Shown here: one piece after another, positions 35,501 to 43,792 of the stretch
How the letters are laid out: each line of letters begins with the position of its first letter
Numbering within the stretch: the first letter of the stretch is position 1
DNA from: Chlorobiota bacterium
Lineage (GTDB): Bacteria; Bacteroidota; Ignavibacteria; Kapaibacteriales; HRBIN21
Direction: 5' to 3'
NCBI GenBank assembly: GCA_039630485.1
Contig: JBCNUX010000006.1
Span: 1-61,859 of the forward strand
DNA: 61,859 nucleotides
Translations under genes and position numbers: made by a program
The notes under the pieces: generated by a model
Database searches by the model: none
The model's input: the letters and a program-made list of their open reading frames with translations, nothing else
What the model was told of the DNA's origin: nothing

Positions 35501-35815
35501 GCGACCGAGGGGGAACTCACTGTGGCTCTTGACACGACGCTGACAGAGGAGCTTCGCGCTGAGGGTCTAGCGCGAGAGTTCGTCTTCTGGGTTCAGAATC
35601 TGCGGAAGCAGGCTGGCCTTGCCGTAACGGACCGAATCCGGATCATCTGTACAGCGCCGCCAGAGCTGCAGCAAGCTCTGGAGCTGCTCCGTGAGTACGT
35701 GCAACGGGAGACTCTAGCGGAAAACCTTATTTTTGCCCCGTGTCCGGCAGGACAGCCGGTGGACGTCAACGGCTACCGCGCGTATATCTGCATTGAGCAC
35801 TTACAGAGGTCGTAA
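32561..35815 (+). CDS. ileS: Isoleucine--tRNA ligase (type 2), 1084 aa
   Basis: The HIGH region is PPTVNGKPGIHHV and the KMSKS loop is KMSKSKGN. An editing-domain insertion is present. Confidence 0.95.
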   Translation: MWLEQLGETLNLSALEHEVLAFWERERIFERSLEQRRQAPRFRFYEGPPTVNGKPGIHHVMSRTIKDVVCRYKTMCGYYVRRQAGWDCHGLPIELAVEKELGIVDKREIETAYGVERFNQACKELVWRYIEMEEGWRSLTRRMGYWIDLDNAYITCSNEYIESLWWALKQLFDRGLIYRGFKVVPQSPTIETPLSSHELALGYREVRDPSVFVRVRVVQPSRPGVERAALLVWTTTPWTLFGNAALAVHPEVTYALVRNRRPNDSPEAAEELILAEACLSVLEGEVEVVERFSGAELVGTVYEQIFPDLPIDRTQYPNALTVLPAEFVTTGEGTGIVHIAPAFGVEDFELGQRYGLPLLQPVTPNGHFAEQVREFAGRAVKTFRYNDRVEEGADRDIVAALRRMGKLYRATFDYVHTYPHCWRTGNPIIYYARLSWFLKSPAYKERMLELNEQIRWQPSEIGAGRFGNWLQEVKEWALSRDRYWGTPLPIWISEDGTEMFAIGSIAELMEGLYEFPDGRRVPLREAGVEIDLHRPFVDRVVFLRNGKLFRRTPEVVDVWFDSGAMPFAQFHYPFENQELFTEQFPADFIAEGVDQTRGWFYTLHNLATVLFDRPAFRSVVVNELILDKQGQKMSKSKGNVVDPFAVIERYGADAVRWYLLSANPPWKPMLFNEEEIGRTVVANFLRALVNVYNFFALYARIDGFTGAEPEVPISERPEIDRWILSRLQAVLQQYREAMDDYELTRAVRLVQDFVLEDVSNWYVRRNRRRFWKGERDQEKLAAYQTLYAVLQGTLLMMAPVAPFLAEALYQRLRRDGQPLSIHLLDMPEPKAELRDVELERRMGLARQIAGLVRQLRERARLKVRQPLQRILIPAASQQLRRDIRSVEALIADEVNIKAIEFLPPEVDVVRWKAKPNYRLLGKRLGKRMPLLEKALAELPQAALRRFSETGRLVVELEGEKIELSREEVELRSTELEGWLVATEGELTVALDTTLTEELRAEGLAREFVFWVQNLRKQAGLAVTDRIRIICTAPPELQQALELLREYVQRETLAENLIFAPCPAGQPVDVNGYRAYICIEHLQRS

Positions 35816-35838
35816 CGACTTGCAGCACGGGAGAGCCA

Positions 35839-36405
35839 ATGCCAGCGAAGCGGAAGAAGAAGGTCTCTGACGCCGGAGGAGCGGCTGAGACACAACAGGC
35901 GGCCGACGCTGCCCAGAGTAGCCCAGCTCCAGCAACAGCCGAGCAAGTGGGACAATCCCCAACGCAGCCAAAAGTGCGCTACTCGGATGAGGAGCTGGAG
36001 ATGTTCCGGAAGATCATCCTCGCCGAGAAGCAGAAGACGCTGGAGGAGCTGCGCCTTCTCCGGGAACGGCTAGAGGACTTGAACGCCTTCAACTACATCG
36101 AGGAGGGCGGCATCTTCTCGCTACACCCGGCGGAGCAGGGGACGGAGGCTTGGGAGCGAGAGCGGACCTACGTCCAGATCCAGCGCTTGACGGGCTACCT
36201 GCAGAAGCTGGAGGAAGCTCTCAAGCGGATCGATGACAAGACCTACGGTATCTGCCGCAAGTGCGGGATCCTCATCGCTAAAGAGCGGCTCATGGCAGTG
36301 CCGATTACGACACTGTCGGCCTCGTGGAAGATTCACCGTCGCTGCCCCGAGGACGGCATAGACCGCATTATCCCCATCCACAAGGCGAAGGCGCTAGAGG
36401 AGTAG
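35839..36405 (+). CDS. DksA/TraR-family zinc-finger protein with a low-complexity N-terminal tail, 188 aa
   Basis: The protein contains RYSDEELEMFRKIILAEKQK...KTYGICRKCGILIAKERLMAVPITTLS. It occupies the conserved position between ileS and lspA. Confidence 0.75.
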   Translation: MPAKRKKKVSDAGGAAETQQAADAAQSSPAPATAEQVGQSPTQPKVRYSDEELEMFRKIILAEKQKTLEELRLLRERLEDLNAFNYIEEGGIFSLHPAEQGTEAWERERTYVQIQRLTGYLQKLEEALKRIDDKTYGICRKCGILIAKERLMAVPITTLSASWKIHRRCPEDGIDRIIPIHKAKALEE

Positions 36406-36416
36406 TCAAGCTCGGT

Positions 36417-36992
36417 GTGAGTACTGTGCGCCGGGATTGGCTCGTAGTTGGAGGCCTGCTTGCGCTCGATCAGGTGACGAAGCTGCTCGTCAAGGGGTTC
36501 CGCGTGGGCCCGTTCGTACACGAGGGGATGCGTCTGGGTGAGAGCCTGCCAGTCCTCGGAGACTGGGTCCGAATTACGTTCGTGGAGAACCCTGGGATTG
36601 CCTTTGGACTGCCTGTCGGAGAGGCGAAGGTTCTGCTAACACTCTTCTCCCTTGCAGTCAGCATTGGGTTGGGCTGGTACCTGCACCGCCTGCAGTGCCT
36701 CGGTATCCCATTTCGGGCACGGCTCAGCATCGCTCTGCTGCTGGTAGGGGCGACGGGCAACTTCATAGACCGTGCCTTCTACGGGGTGCTCTATGGTGAA
36801 GCACCGCTGTTCCAGGGGAGCGTGGTAGACTTCATTGATGTGGAATTTCCCGATTTCGAGCTCTTCGGGCGGCTATACACCCGCTGGCCCGTCTTCAACG
36901 TCGCTGACTCCTGCCTCACTATTGGGGTACTGTTAGCACTCCTGTTCCATCGCCATCTACCGACGTTGCGCCAAGCCCTGCGAAGGGTATAG
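36417..36992 (+). CDS. lspA: Lipoprotein signal peptidase II
   Basis: The protein contains FVENPGIAFG, VVDFIDV and WPVFNVADS. The start is uncertain (GTG at 36417 or 36426). The track start at 36324 would overlap the DksA-like gene. Confidence 0.88.
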   Translation: MSTVRRDWLVVGGLLALDQVTKLLVKGFRVGPFVHEGMRLGESLPVLGDWVRITFVENPGIAFGLPVGEAKVLLTLFSLAVSIGLGWYLHRLQCLGIPFRARLSIALLLVGATGNFIDRAFYGVLYGEAPLFQGSVVDFIDVEFPDFELFGRLYTRWPVFNVADSCLTIGVLLALLFHRHLPTLRQALRRV

Positions 36993-37047
36993 ACTGGCAT
37001 TTGGATTGCATGCACTCTCGTGGTGCCTATCGGTATTCTGACAGGCA

Positions 37048-38340
37048 ATGGGGAGGAGCTTTGCTGTGTTCGTGGCAATCGGGGGGATGGCGTGGGGGCA
37101 GAGTCTAACGATGGCGCTCAGTGGCACCACGAGTCCGGGAGTCGTCACCGCTGGCGAGCGTTTCCGGATTGCAATACAGGTCCGTGAAGCTGCTGTCTAT
37201 GGCGCTGGCTTCCGGTTGTGGTATAGTCCATCGTCCGTAGTTCGATTTGCTGGGTGGCAGGCTGTAGACTACGACGTCTCAGAGCTGCTCGTCGTTGCCG
37301 CAGATGGGGCGGAGGAGGGGAAGGTGGAGGTCAGTGGAATCTCGCTGGCACAGCGCCGGCAGAGCCCAGTGGTCGCTGTATTGGAGTTCGTGCTCGCACC
37401 AGAGGCAAGTCATGGCTCGGTGCTCTCCTTCCGGCTCAGTAACGGTTGGTTGTTGCAGGAGGATTCTCTCCGGTGGGTGCCGGCTGTGACACTATCGCTG
37501 CGGGTCCATGGCTACGTTGTGGTCTGGCCCGGCGATGCTGATAACGATGGGGCCGTTGATGGGCGTGACGTTGCTACGGTCGGTCTGTATGCATACCGTA
37601 GAGCGGCCGGATACCGGCGGAACTTGGCCAGCACGGTATGGGGACCGCAGATGGCTCTGGCATGGCTAGAGCCGAAGGCAACATACGCAGACTGCGACGG
37701 GAATGGCTACGTAACGGTTCGAGACCTTGCGGTTGTACTGCAGAACTATGGCCGTAGGCGCAGCGCTGCCCAGCAGGTTGAGGAGGTCCCACTCGTACCA
37801 CCGCCGATCGGGCATGTCATAGCGAGCCTTAGTGTTCCGGTGACGGCAGAGCTTCTTGCTGGAGTGTTCGTACCGTGTGCTGGATCAACTGTAGTGGGGG
37901 TGCGATCTCGCCATACATCGCTCAGCCCAGCGGTAACGGCAACGACAGACTCTCTCACCGCCGTTGTGCTACACCTCAAAGGTGCCGATCGCATTGGGAT
38001 CGTAGGCCAAGGAAAGCTCTGCGATGTACTCCTGGAGTACCGAACGAGTTCCGGGGAGTGGCATCCGGTAGAGTGGCGGGAATCTCCGCTAGAGGTCGGT
38101 GGAGCAGACTCCCAGCTTCGCCTCTCCTGGCGTGATGGCTGGCTTTGCCTGGAGGGGGAGCGTGCTACTACGGGGATGCTCACTCTCTTTACGCTGGAGG
38201 GCCGAGTGGTTGGGCGTTTCTCCATCCCTGCTGGTGAAGGAGTGTGGTGTGTGGAGCTACCCTCACTGCCACTAGCTCCGTACATTGGTGAGTACATGTC
38301 AGCCGCCAAGGCCCGAATCCCCCTGCTTTTGCTGCCTTGA
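37048..38340 (+). CDS. Secreted protein with a cohesin-like N-terminal module, a dockerin-type double EF-hand repeat and a T9SS-like C-terminus, 430 aa
   Basis: A signal peptide is present. The dockerin-like repeats are GDADNDGAVDGRDVATV and DCDGNGYVTVRDLAVVLQNYG. The C-terminal beta-rich tail reads MLTLFTLEGRVVGRFSIPAGEGVWCVEL. Confidence 0.6.
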   Translation: MGRSFAVFVAIGGMAWGQSLTMALSGTTSPGVVTAGERFRIAIQVREAAVYGAGFRLWYSPSSVVRFAGWQAVDYDVSELLVVAADGAEEGKVEVSGISLAQRRQSPVVAVLEFVLAPEASHGSVLSFRLSNGWLLQEDSLRWVPAVTLSLRVHGYVVVWPGDADNDGAVDGRDVATVGLYAYRRAAGYRRNLASTVWGPQMALAWLEPKATYADCDGNGYVTVRDLAVVLQNYGRRRSAAQQVEEVPLVPPPIGHVIASLSVPVTAELLAGVFVPCAGSTVVGVRSRHTSLSPAVTATTDSLTAVVLHLKGADRIGIVGQGKLCDVLLEYRTSSGEWHPVEWRESPLEVGGADSQLRLSWRDGWLCLEGERATTGMLTLFTLEGRVVGRFSIPAGEGVWCVELPSLPLAPYIGEYMSAAKARIPLLLLP

Positions 38341-38398
38341 ACGGTATGCCTTCTGGCAAGACTTGTTCGTCCAACCCTGACGGGAGGGACTGAGCGGA

Positions 38399-38662
38399 AT
38401 GGTGGAGCGGAGCGTTGTCGTTCGGCTTCCGCTGGGGCTCCATGCACGCCCAGCAGCAGAGTTAGCGGCGCTGGCGGCCCGGTTTACTGCTACGGTTTGG
38501 CTCGTCCGAGATGGGATTGCTGCAAATGCAAAGAGCGTGCTTGAGCTCATGAGCCTAGCAGTAGAGCACGGTACGACGGTGGTGGTGCAGGCGGAGGGTG
38601 AGGATGCTGGCGAGGCGGTGCTTCGAGTAGCTGATTTCTTGCAGAGGGCAGAGGAAGGGTAA
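38399..38662 (+). CDS. ptsH: Phosphocarrier protein HPr, 87 aa
   Basis: The active-site His context is LPLGLHARPAAEL, and the protein has the usual HPr length. Confidence 0.9.
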   Translation: MVERSVVVRLPLGLHARPAAELAALAARFTATVWLVRDGIAANAKSVLELMSLAVEHGTTVVVQAEGEDAGEAVLRVADFLQRAEEG

Positions 38663-38684
38663 AAAGTTACGGCAGTGTTGTAAA

Positions 38685-40448
38685 TTGCTCCACGAGCTTG
38701 TCGGGTCTTCGGGAGGTGTTGGAGTGGAAGTGGACAGTTCCTCTTCGGGACGCGAGGGCTTCCTATCCCCCGATACCATCGCAGACCATCCCGCTTCCCC
38801 TTGCAACGAACAGTGGCTAAGGGCAATTGCCGCCTCCCCGGGGATTGCGATTGGACCAGCCGTTCTCTGGCTCCCTCCCGCGGCGCGAGGAAGTGATAGC
38901 TGTGTGAGTGCGGACGCGGAGTGGGAGCGGTATACCCGAGCGGTTTCAGAACTTCGGCGGGAGCTCCTTTCAGCGCGTGCTGTCGTAGTGGCGGAGGCAG
39001 CGGAGGTCGTTCCAATCATCGACAGCTACCTGCACCTCCTAGAGGATGCTTCGTTGGAGGAGCGGGTGCGGGAGCTCGTTATGGCAGGGATGACTGCGGA
39101 GCAGGCCCTCCAGCGCGTGTTCGATAGCCTCATCGGACGCCTGCGCCGTTCGGCAGATGTACTCTTTCAGGAGCGGGGGAACGAGCTAGAGCACTTCCTC
39201 CAATGGTTCCTTGCGGCCTTACGGCTACCTCAGCGAGACTATACGCGGACGACGGGCGCCGTTGTTGTTGCCCCGGCTGTAACACCGTCAGAGGTTGTGC
39301 TGCTCCATCGAGCTGGGGCCTGCGGGTTGGTGACAGCTGTCGGCGGTATCACCTCCCACACTACTATCCTAGCCCGCAGTCTGCAACTGCCAGCGGTTAT
39401 CGGCGTGCGCAACGCGTTGGGGACAATCCCCGAAGGGGAGCTCGTAATCGTGGATGGCTATACAGGGACCGTCGTAGTCCGACCGACGGAGGAGACTCGC
39501 CGACGGTACGAGCGCCATCGGGACAGTACCGAGTGGCGTCGGCGGGTTCTGCGGTGGTTTGCTCAGTTGCCAGCGGAGACGATCGACGGGCGACGTTTCC
39601 ATCTGAGGGTCAACATCGCCGCGCCGCAAGATGTCCAAGAGGCAAATCTCGTTGGTGCGGAAGGGGTTGGGCTACTGCGCACCGAAGCCCTCTTCCTACA
39701 GCTAGGTCGTCTGCCGAACGAGGAGGAACAGTTCCAGTGGTACCAGGAGCTTGCCCAGCAGTTCTACCCCGATCCAGTCACGATTCGCCTCTTTGACTTG
39801 GGGGGCGATAAGTACGGTGAGGGGACAACGGAGCGGAATCCGGCCTTGGGGATGCGAGGAGTGCGATTTCTGTTGCGACATCCAGAAGTACTGCAGACGC
39901 AGTTGAGGGCTATCGTTCGGGTGGCGGCGATATGGCCGAACATCCGCGTCCTTGTACCGATGGTGACGTCCCCACAGGAGCTTACGGCGATCCGTCAGCA
40001 CCTCTGGAGAGTCCAGCAGGAGTGCATTGGGAACATAGCACGAGCTATCCCCGTGGGGGCAATGGTGGAGACCCCAGCGGCTGCTCTCTGCGCAGCCCAG
40101 CTTGCCGAGGTTGCTGATTTCTTCAGCATCGGCACCAATGACCTTGTGCAGTTCACGCTTGCCGTAGACCGTGAGCATGGGCAGCTGGCAGAACTGTTTG
40201 AGCCTTTCCACCCAGCGGTGTGGCAGCTTATCGGGAAGGTCGTGGAGGTAGCCCACCAGAGAGGACTACCGGTTGGCATCTGTGGCGAGCTTGCGGCTCA
40301 TGCTGAGGCTACCGAACTCCTCGTTGGCTTAGGGGTGGATGAACTGAGCACAATCCCGGCAGCTCTCATTCCATTGAAGCATCGGATCCGTCGACTCTCG
40401 TACGCGCAGGCTCGGGCTCGGGTCCGCGCACTGACGAATGGCGGCTGA
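38685..40448 (+). CDS. ptsI: Phosphoenolpyruvate-protein phosphotransferase (PTS Enzyme I)
   Basis: The protein contains SPGIAIGPAV, the phospho-His loop GGITSHTTILARSLQLPAVIG and the PEP-binding C-terminal barrel (FFSIGTNDLVQFTLAVDR). The start is uncertain: TTG at 38685 or a downstream GTG, with no in-frame ATG nearby. Confidence 0.9.
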   Translation: MLHELVGSSGGVGVEVDSSSSGREGFLSPDTIADHPASPCNEQWLRAIAASPGIAIGPAVLWLPPAARGSDSCVSADAEWERYTRAVSELRRELLSARAVVVAEAAEVVPIIDSYLHLLEDASLEERVRELVMAGMTAEQALQRVFDSLIGRLRRSADVLFQERGNELEHFLQWFLAALRLPQRDYTRTTGAVVVAPAVTPSEVVLLHRAGACGLVTAVGGITSHTTILARSLQLPAVIGVRNALGTIPEGELVIVDGYTGTVVVRPTEETRRRYERHRDSTEWRRRVLRWFAQLPAETIDGRRFHLRVNIAAPQDVQEANLVGAEGVGLLRTEALFLQLGRLPNEEEQFQWYQELAQQFYPDPVTIRLFDLGGDKYGEGTTERNPALGMRGVRFLLRHPEVLQTQLRAIVRVAAIWPNIRVLVPMVTSPQELTAIRQHLWRVQQECIGNIARAIPVGAMVETPAAALCAAQLAEVADFFSIGTNDLVQFTLAVDREHGQLAELFEPFHPAVWQLIGKVVEVAHQRGLPVGICGELAAHAEATELLVGLGVDELSTIPAALIPLKHRIRRLSYAQARARVRALTNGG

Positions 40449-40450
40449 GC

Positions 40451-41614
40451 TCACCACACTATCCCCTCAGCTGCCTGCTGGGCACAGGCGTATGCCTCTT
40501 CTAGCGTCTGACCCACGGCAGTGACATGACCCATTTTGCGGCGCACTCGACTCTCGCGCTTGCCGTAGAGGTGGAGCCAGGCCTTCCCGGCTCGAAGTGC
40601 TGGGAGGACGGAGTCAGGAATGCCGCTGCCAGGGCGGACCCCCAGCAGGTTGATCATGACGGCTGCCGGTACAATCATCTCTGGCGAACCGAGCGGGAGA
40701 TTGCAGATGGCGCGGATGCCGTTTTCGAACTGTGAGGTGTAGCAGGCTTCAATGGTATAGTGCCCAGAGTTGTGCGGACGCGGGGCCAGCTCGTTGAAGA
40801 GGATATCCCCATCGGTGGTCAAGAAGAGCTCGACGCCAAAGACCCCAACCCCATCCACAGCCTCCACGCAAGCTACAGCGATCTCTTGGGCGCGTCGCCG
40901 GAGATGTTCTGGGATGGGGGCAGGGGCATAGACGACGCGACAGACATGGTCTTGCTGGACGGTCTCCACGCAAGGGTAGACGGCTATATCCCCACGCCGG
41001 TTCCGTGCGACGATGACAGCAAGCTCTTTCTGGAGCTGGACGAACTGCTCTACGAGCAGTGAAGAATCGGTTGTGCGCTGCTTGAGTGCTGTCCAAGCTT
41101 CGGGGAGCGCCTGCCGGTCGTGGACAGTGCGATTGCCATAGCCGTCGTAACCGAAGGTGCGGGTTTTCAGCACAACGGGGAAGCCGTAGTCTTCAGCGAA
41201 CTGCAGGACGTCATCTGAGCTATCCACGCCGGCGAAGTTGGGCACTGGGATGCCGGCAGCCACCATCGTCTGCTTCTGTGTGAGCTTATCGCGGACGCGC
41301 CGGATCGTCTCCGGGGTGGGATAGACTAGTCGGTGCTGGGCCAGTTCCTCCAGAAGCTCTGGGGCGACGAACTCGTTCTCCAGCGTGATGACATCGCTGA
41401 CACGTAGGAAAGCCTCTAAGGCTTCGCGGGAATTCCAGCCCTCCGGGAACTCTAACTGCGTCATTCGGCCGGCTGGGGAATCAGCTCCATGCTCGATAAT
41501 AGCAACGCGCAGTCCCAAGCGGTAGGCCGCTTGAGCTAACATCTTGGCGAGCTGTCCGCCACCGATGATGCCAATTGTGAGCTCGCGGTTTGGTGAGTAG
41601 GGAGACGGGAGCAT
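40451..41614 (-). CDS. purK: N5-carboxyaminoimidazole ribonucleotide synthase, 387 aa
   Basis: The protein contains IGIIGGGQLAKMLAQAA and an ATP-grasp core. Confidence 0.9.
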   Translation of the reverse strand: MLPSPYSPNRELTIGIIGGGQLAKMLAQAAYRLGLRVAIIEHGADSPAGRMTQLEFPEGWNSREALEAFLRVSDVITLENEFVAPELLEELAQHRLVYPTPETIRRVRDKLTQKQTMVAAGIPVPNFAGVDSSDDVLQFAEDYGFPVVLKTRTFGYDGYGNRTVHDRQALPEAWTALKQRTTDSSLLVEQFVQLQKELAVIVARNRRGDIAVYPCVETVQQDHVCRVVYAPAPIPEHLRRRAQEIAVACVEAVDGVGVFGVELFLTTDGDILFNELAPRPHNSGHYTIEACYTSQFENGIRAICNLPLGSPEMIVPAAVMINLLGVRPGSGIPDSVLPALRAGKAWLHLYGKRESRVRRKMGHVTAVGQTLEEAYACAQQAAEGIVW

Positions 41615-41672
41615 CGGTAGAGTGGTTCACTGAATGCACAACACCATCTCGAGGCTTTGACTGCTCACTGCA

Positions 41673-43166
41673 CTATTCCTCTTCGCGGCTGCGGAAGAGG
41701 GTGCCGAGCATGTCCTTGTAAGTAGCGCTGCTATCCACTTCCTCCTTTGCCAGCTTGGAGTGCTGATGGAGTGCATCCAGGATGAACTCCATAGCGGTCC
41801 CTAGCTCGTACGGGTTCCGCTCGTCCACCTTTAGGTAATGGACGGCCAATTCGCGAAGCGTTGGGACGCGGTCCAGTTCCTGGACAAAGCGGTCCGTCGG
41901 CATGACGTCGTCAATAACAACGGTGTTGCCAGCTTCGAACCAGCGGAGGAGTTCCGTATACGGGCTGGGTTCTGGCGCAGGGCTCCCCTCTCGACGACGC
42001 GGGCGCGCTAGCGGATCGGGGAAGTAGAGCTTGAAGGTTTCCCGGACCGCTCGTCCGATAAGGGCTTTTGCAACCTTAACGGGTCCTTCCTGTTCGCCCT
42101 CGAAGACGAGCTCTACCTTGCCCGTAATGCCGGTAAGGGCACGCTGGAGGTCGACAATCCGAGGGGCTATGACTGGCTCGCTGTTGAGGATTGCCCGGCG
42201 TTCGGCGTTGGAGATGAGCGCCTCCATCGTCGAGATGCTCAGTCGTGCGGAGACCCCTGAGCTTTGGTCAACGAACTCGCTGCTTCGGGCGACAAAGGCA
42301 ATCGTCTCCACCACCTGCTTCATGTATAGCGGCAGGACGACGTGCATGTCGGGAGTGCGCTCGATCCAAGCCTCCTGCTCTGTGATAGCGATGGCATCTT
42401 CCAGCGTGCGCGGGTAGTGGGTTAGGATTTGCGACTGGATGCGGTCTTTGAGGGGAGTGATGATGGTCCCGCGGCGGGTGTAGTCTTCTGGGTTTGCAGT
42501 AAAGACCATGCAGATATCCAGTGGCAGTCGAACCTTGAAGCCGCGAATCTGGATATCGCGCTCTTGGAGGATATTGAACAGTCCCACCTGGATGCGGGGC
42601 TGGAGGTCTGGCAGCTCGTTGATGACGAAGATACCTCGGTTCGTCCGAGGGATGATGCCAAAGTGGATGATGCCTTCGTGAGAGTAGTGCAGCCGCTGAG
42701 TGGCAGCCTTGATGGGGTCGATGTCCCCGATGAGGTCCGCGATCGTAACGTCGGGCGTTGCCAGTTTCTCCCCATAGCGTTCCGAACGATGGATCCACTC
42801 GATCGGGGTCTCGTCTCCGAGCTCAGCGATTAAGTCCACAGCGTATTTGGAGATGGGGGCGAAAGGGTTGTCGTTGACCTCAGAGCCGGCCACGGTTGGG
42901 ATGTACTCGTCCAGGAGGTTGACGAGCATCCGCGCAATCCGGGTCTTAGCCTGGCCGCGCAGGCCCAAGAGGATGAAGTCGTGCTTGGCTAAGATGGCGT
43001 TGACGAGCTGAGGGATGACGGTGTCGTCAAAGCCGATGATTCCTGGGAAGAGCCGTTCGCGGCGGCGCAGCTTCTCAATGAGGTTGCGTCGCATTTCTTC
43101 TTTGACTGGTACCACGCGGTAGCCGCTGCGCTTGAGCTCCCCCAGGGTACGAGCAGTTGGCTTCAT
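41673..43166 (-). CDS. ChlI/MoxR-related AAA+ ATPase (Mg-chelatase subunit I-like), 497 aa
   Basis: The protein carries an atypical Walker A LLGLRGQAKTRIARML, Walker B GIFVINELPDL and a sensor region VFTANPEDY. Confidence 0.6.
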   Translation of the reverse strand: MKPTARTLGELKRSGYRVVPVKEEMRRNLIEKLRRRERLFPGIIGFDDTVIPQLVNAILAKHDFILLGLRGQAKTRIARMLVNLLDEYIPTVAGSEVNDNPFAPISKYAVDLIAELGDETPIEWIHRSERYGEKLATPDVTIADLIGDIDPIKAATQRLHYSHEGIIHFGIIPRTNRGIFVINELPDLQPRIQVGLFNILQERDIQIRGFKVRLPLDICMVFTANPEDYTRRGTIITPLKDRIQSQILTHYPRTLEDAIAITEQEAWIERTPDMHVVLPLYMKQVVETIAFVARSSEFVDQSSGVSARLSISTMEALISNAERRAILNSEPVIAPRIVDLQRALTGITGKVELVFEGEQEGPVKVAKALIGRAVRETFKLYFPDPLARPRRREGSPAPEPSPYTELLRWFEAGNTVVIDDVMPTDRFVQELDRVPTLRELAVHYLKVDERNPYELGTAMEFILDALHQHSKLAKEEVDSSATYKDMLGTLFRSREEE

Positions 43167-43786
43167 TCTGTGTCGGTCTGCTGGAAGAATAGGCGCACGT
43201 ACGGACGCAGCAGGCTTTCGACGTATTTTGCGACAACGTCGAACTCTAAGTTGACGGCATCGCCTTTCTGGAGGAGCCCTAAAGTCGTTCGGCGGAGCGT
43301 CTCAGGAATCAGGGCAACCATGAAAGCCCCGCTCCGTAAGCGGGCAACTGTTAGGCTAACCCCGTCAATGCAGATAGAGCCGTGGAGGACGACGTACTGC
43401 TGGAATGCCGGGGGTAGCTCAATCCAGAGCCGATGTTCGCCGGATTCGCGTTCGACCGCTACGACCCGGCTGGTACAGTCTACGTGCCCTTGGACGATGT
43501 GGCCGTCGAGGCGTCCCGAGGCGGGACATGCTCGTTCCAGATTGACCCAGGAGCCAGTTCGCAGGAGCCCTAGCGTTGTCTTCCGCAGAGTCTCCGGAAC
43601 GACGTCCACGCAGAAGCGGTCGCCCTCTGCGGAGACCACAGTAAGACAAACGCCGTTGACAGCGATGGAAGCTCCTGGCTGTAGCTCTGGTGCTATTTCT
43701 GGGGCTTCGAGCCGGTACCGGTAGCCCGATGCTGTACGGCGCCGACGCACCACTCTGCCTCGAGTCTCTACGATGCCGGTAAACAT
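43163..43786 (-). CDS. ribE: Riboflavin synthase (alpha chain), 207 aa
   Basis: The protein starts with MFTGIVE and has two homologous barrel halves (GASIAVNGVCLTV and GSICIDGVSLTV). Confidence 0.92.
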   Translation of the reverse strand: MFTGIVETRGRVVRRRRTASGYRYRLEAPEIAPELQPGASIAVNGVCLTVVSAEGDRFCVDVVPETLRKTTLGLLRTGSWVNLERACPASGRLDGHIVQGHVDCTSRVVAVERESGEHRLWIELPPAFQQYVVLHGSICIDGVSLTVARLRSGAFMVALIPETLRRTTLGLLQKGDAVNLEFDVVAKYVESLLRPYVRLFFQQTDTE

Positions 43787-43792
43787 AGGGGC

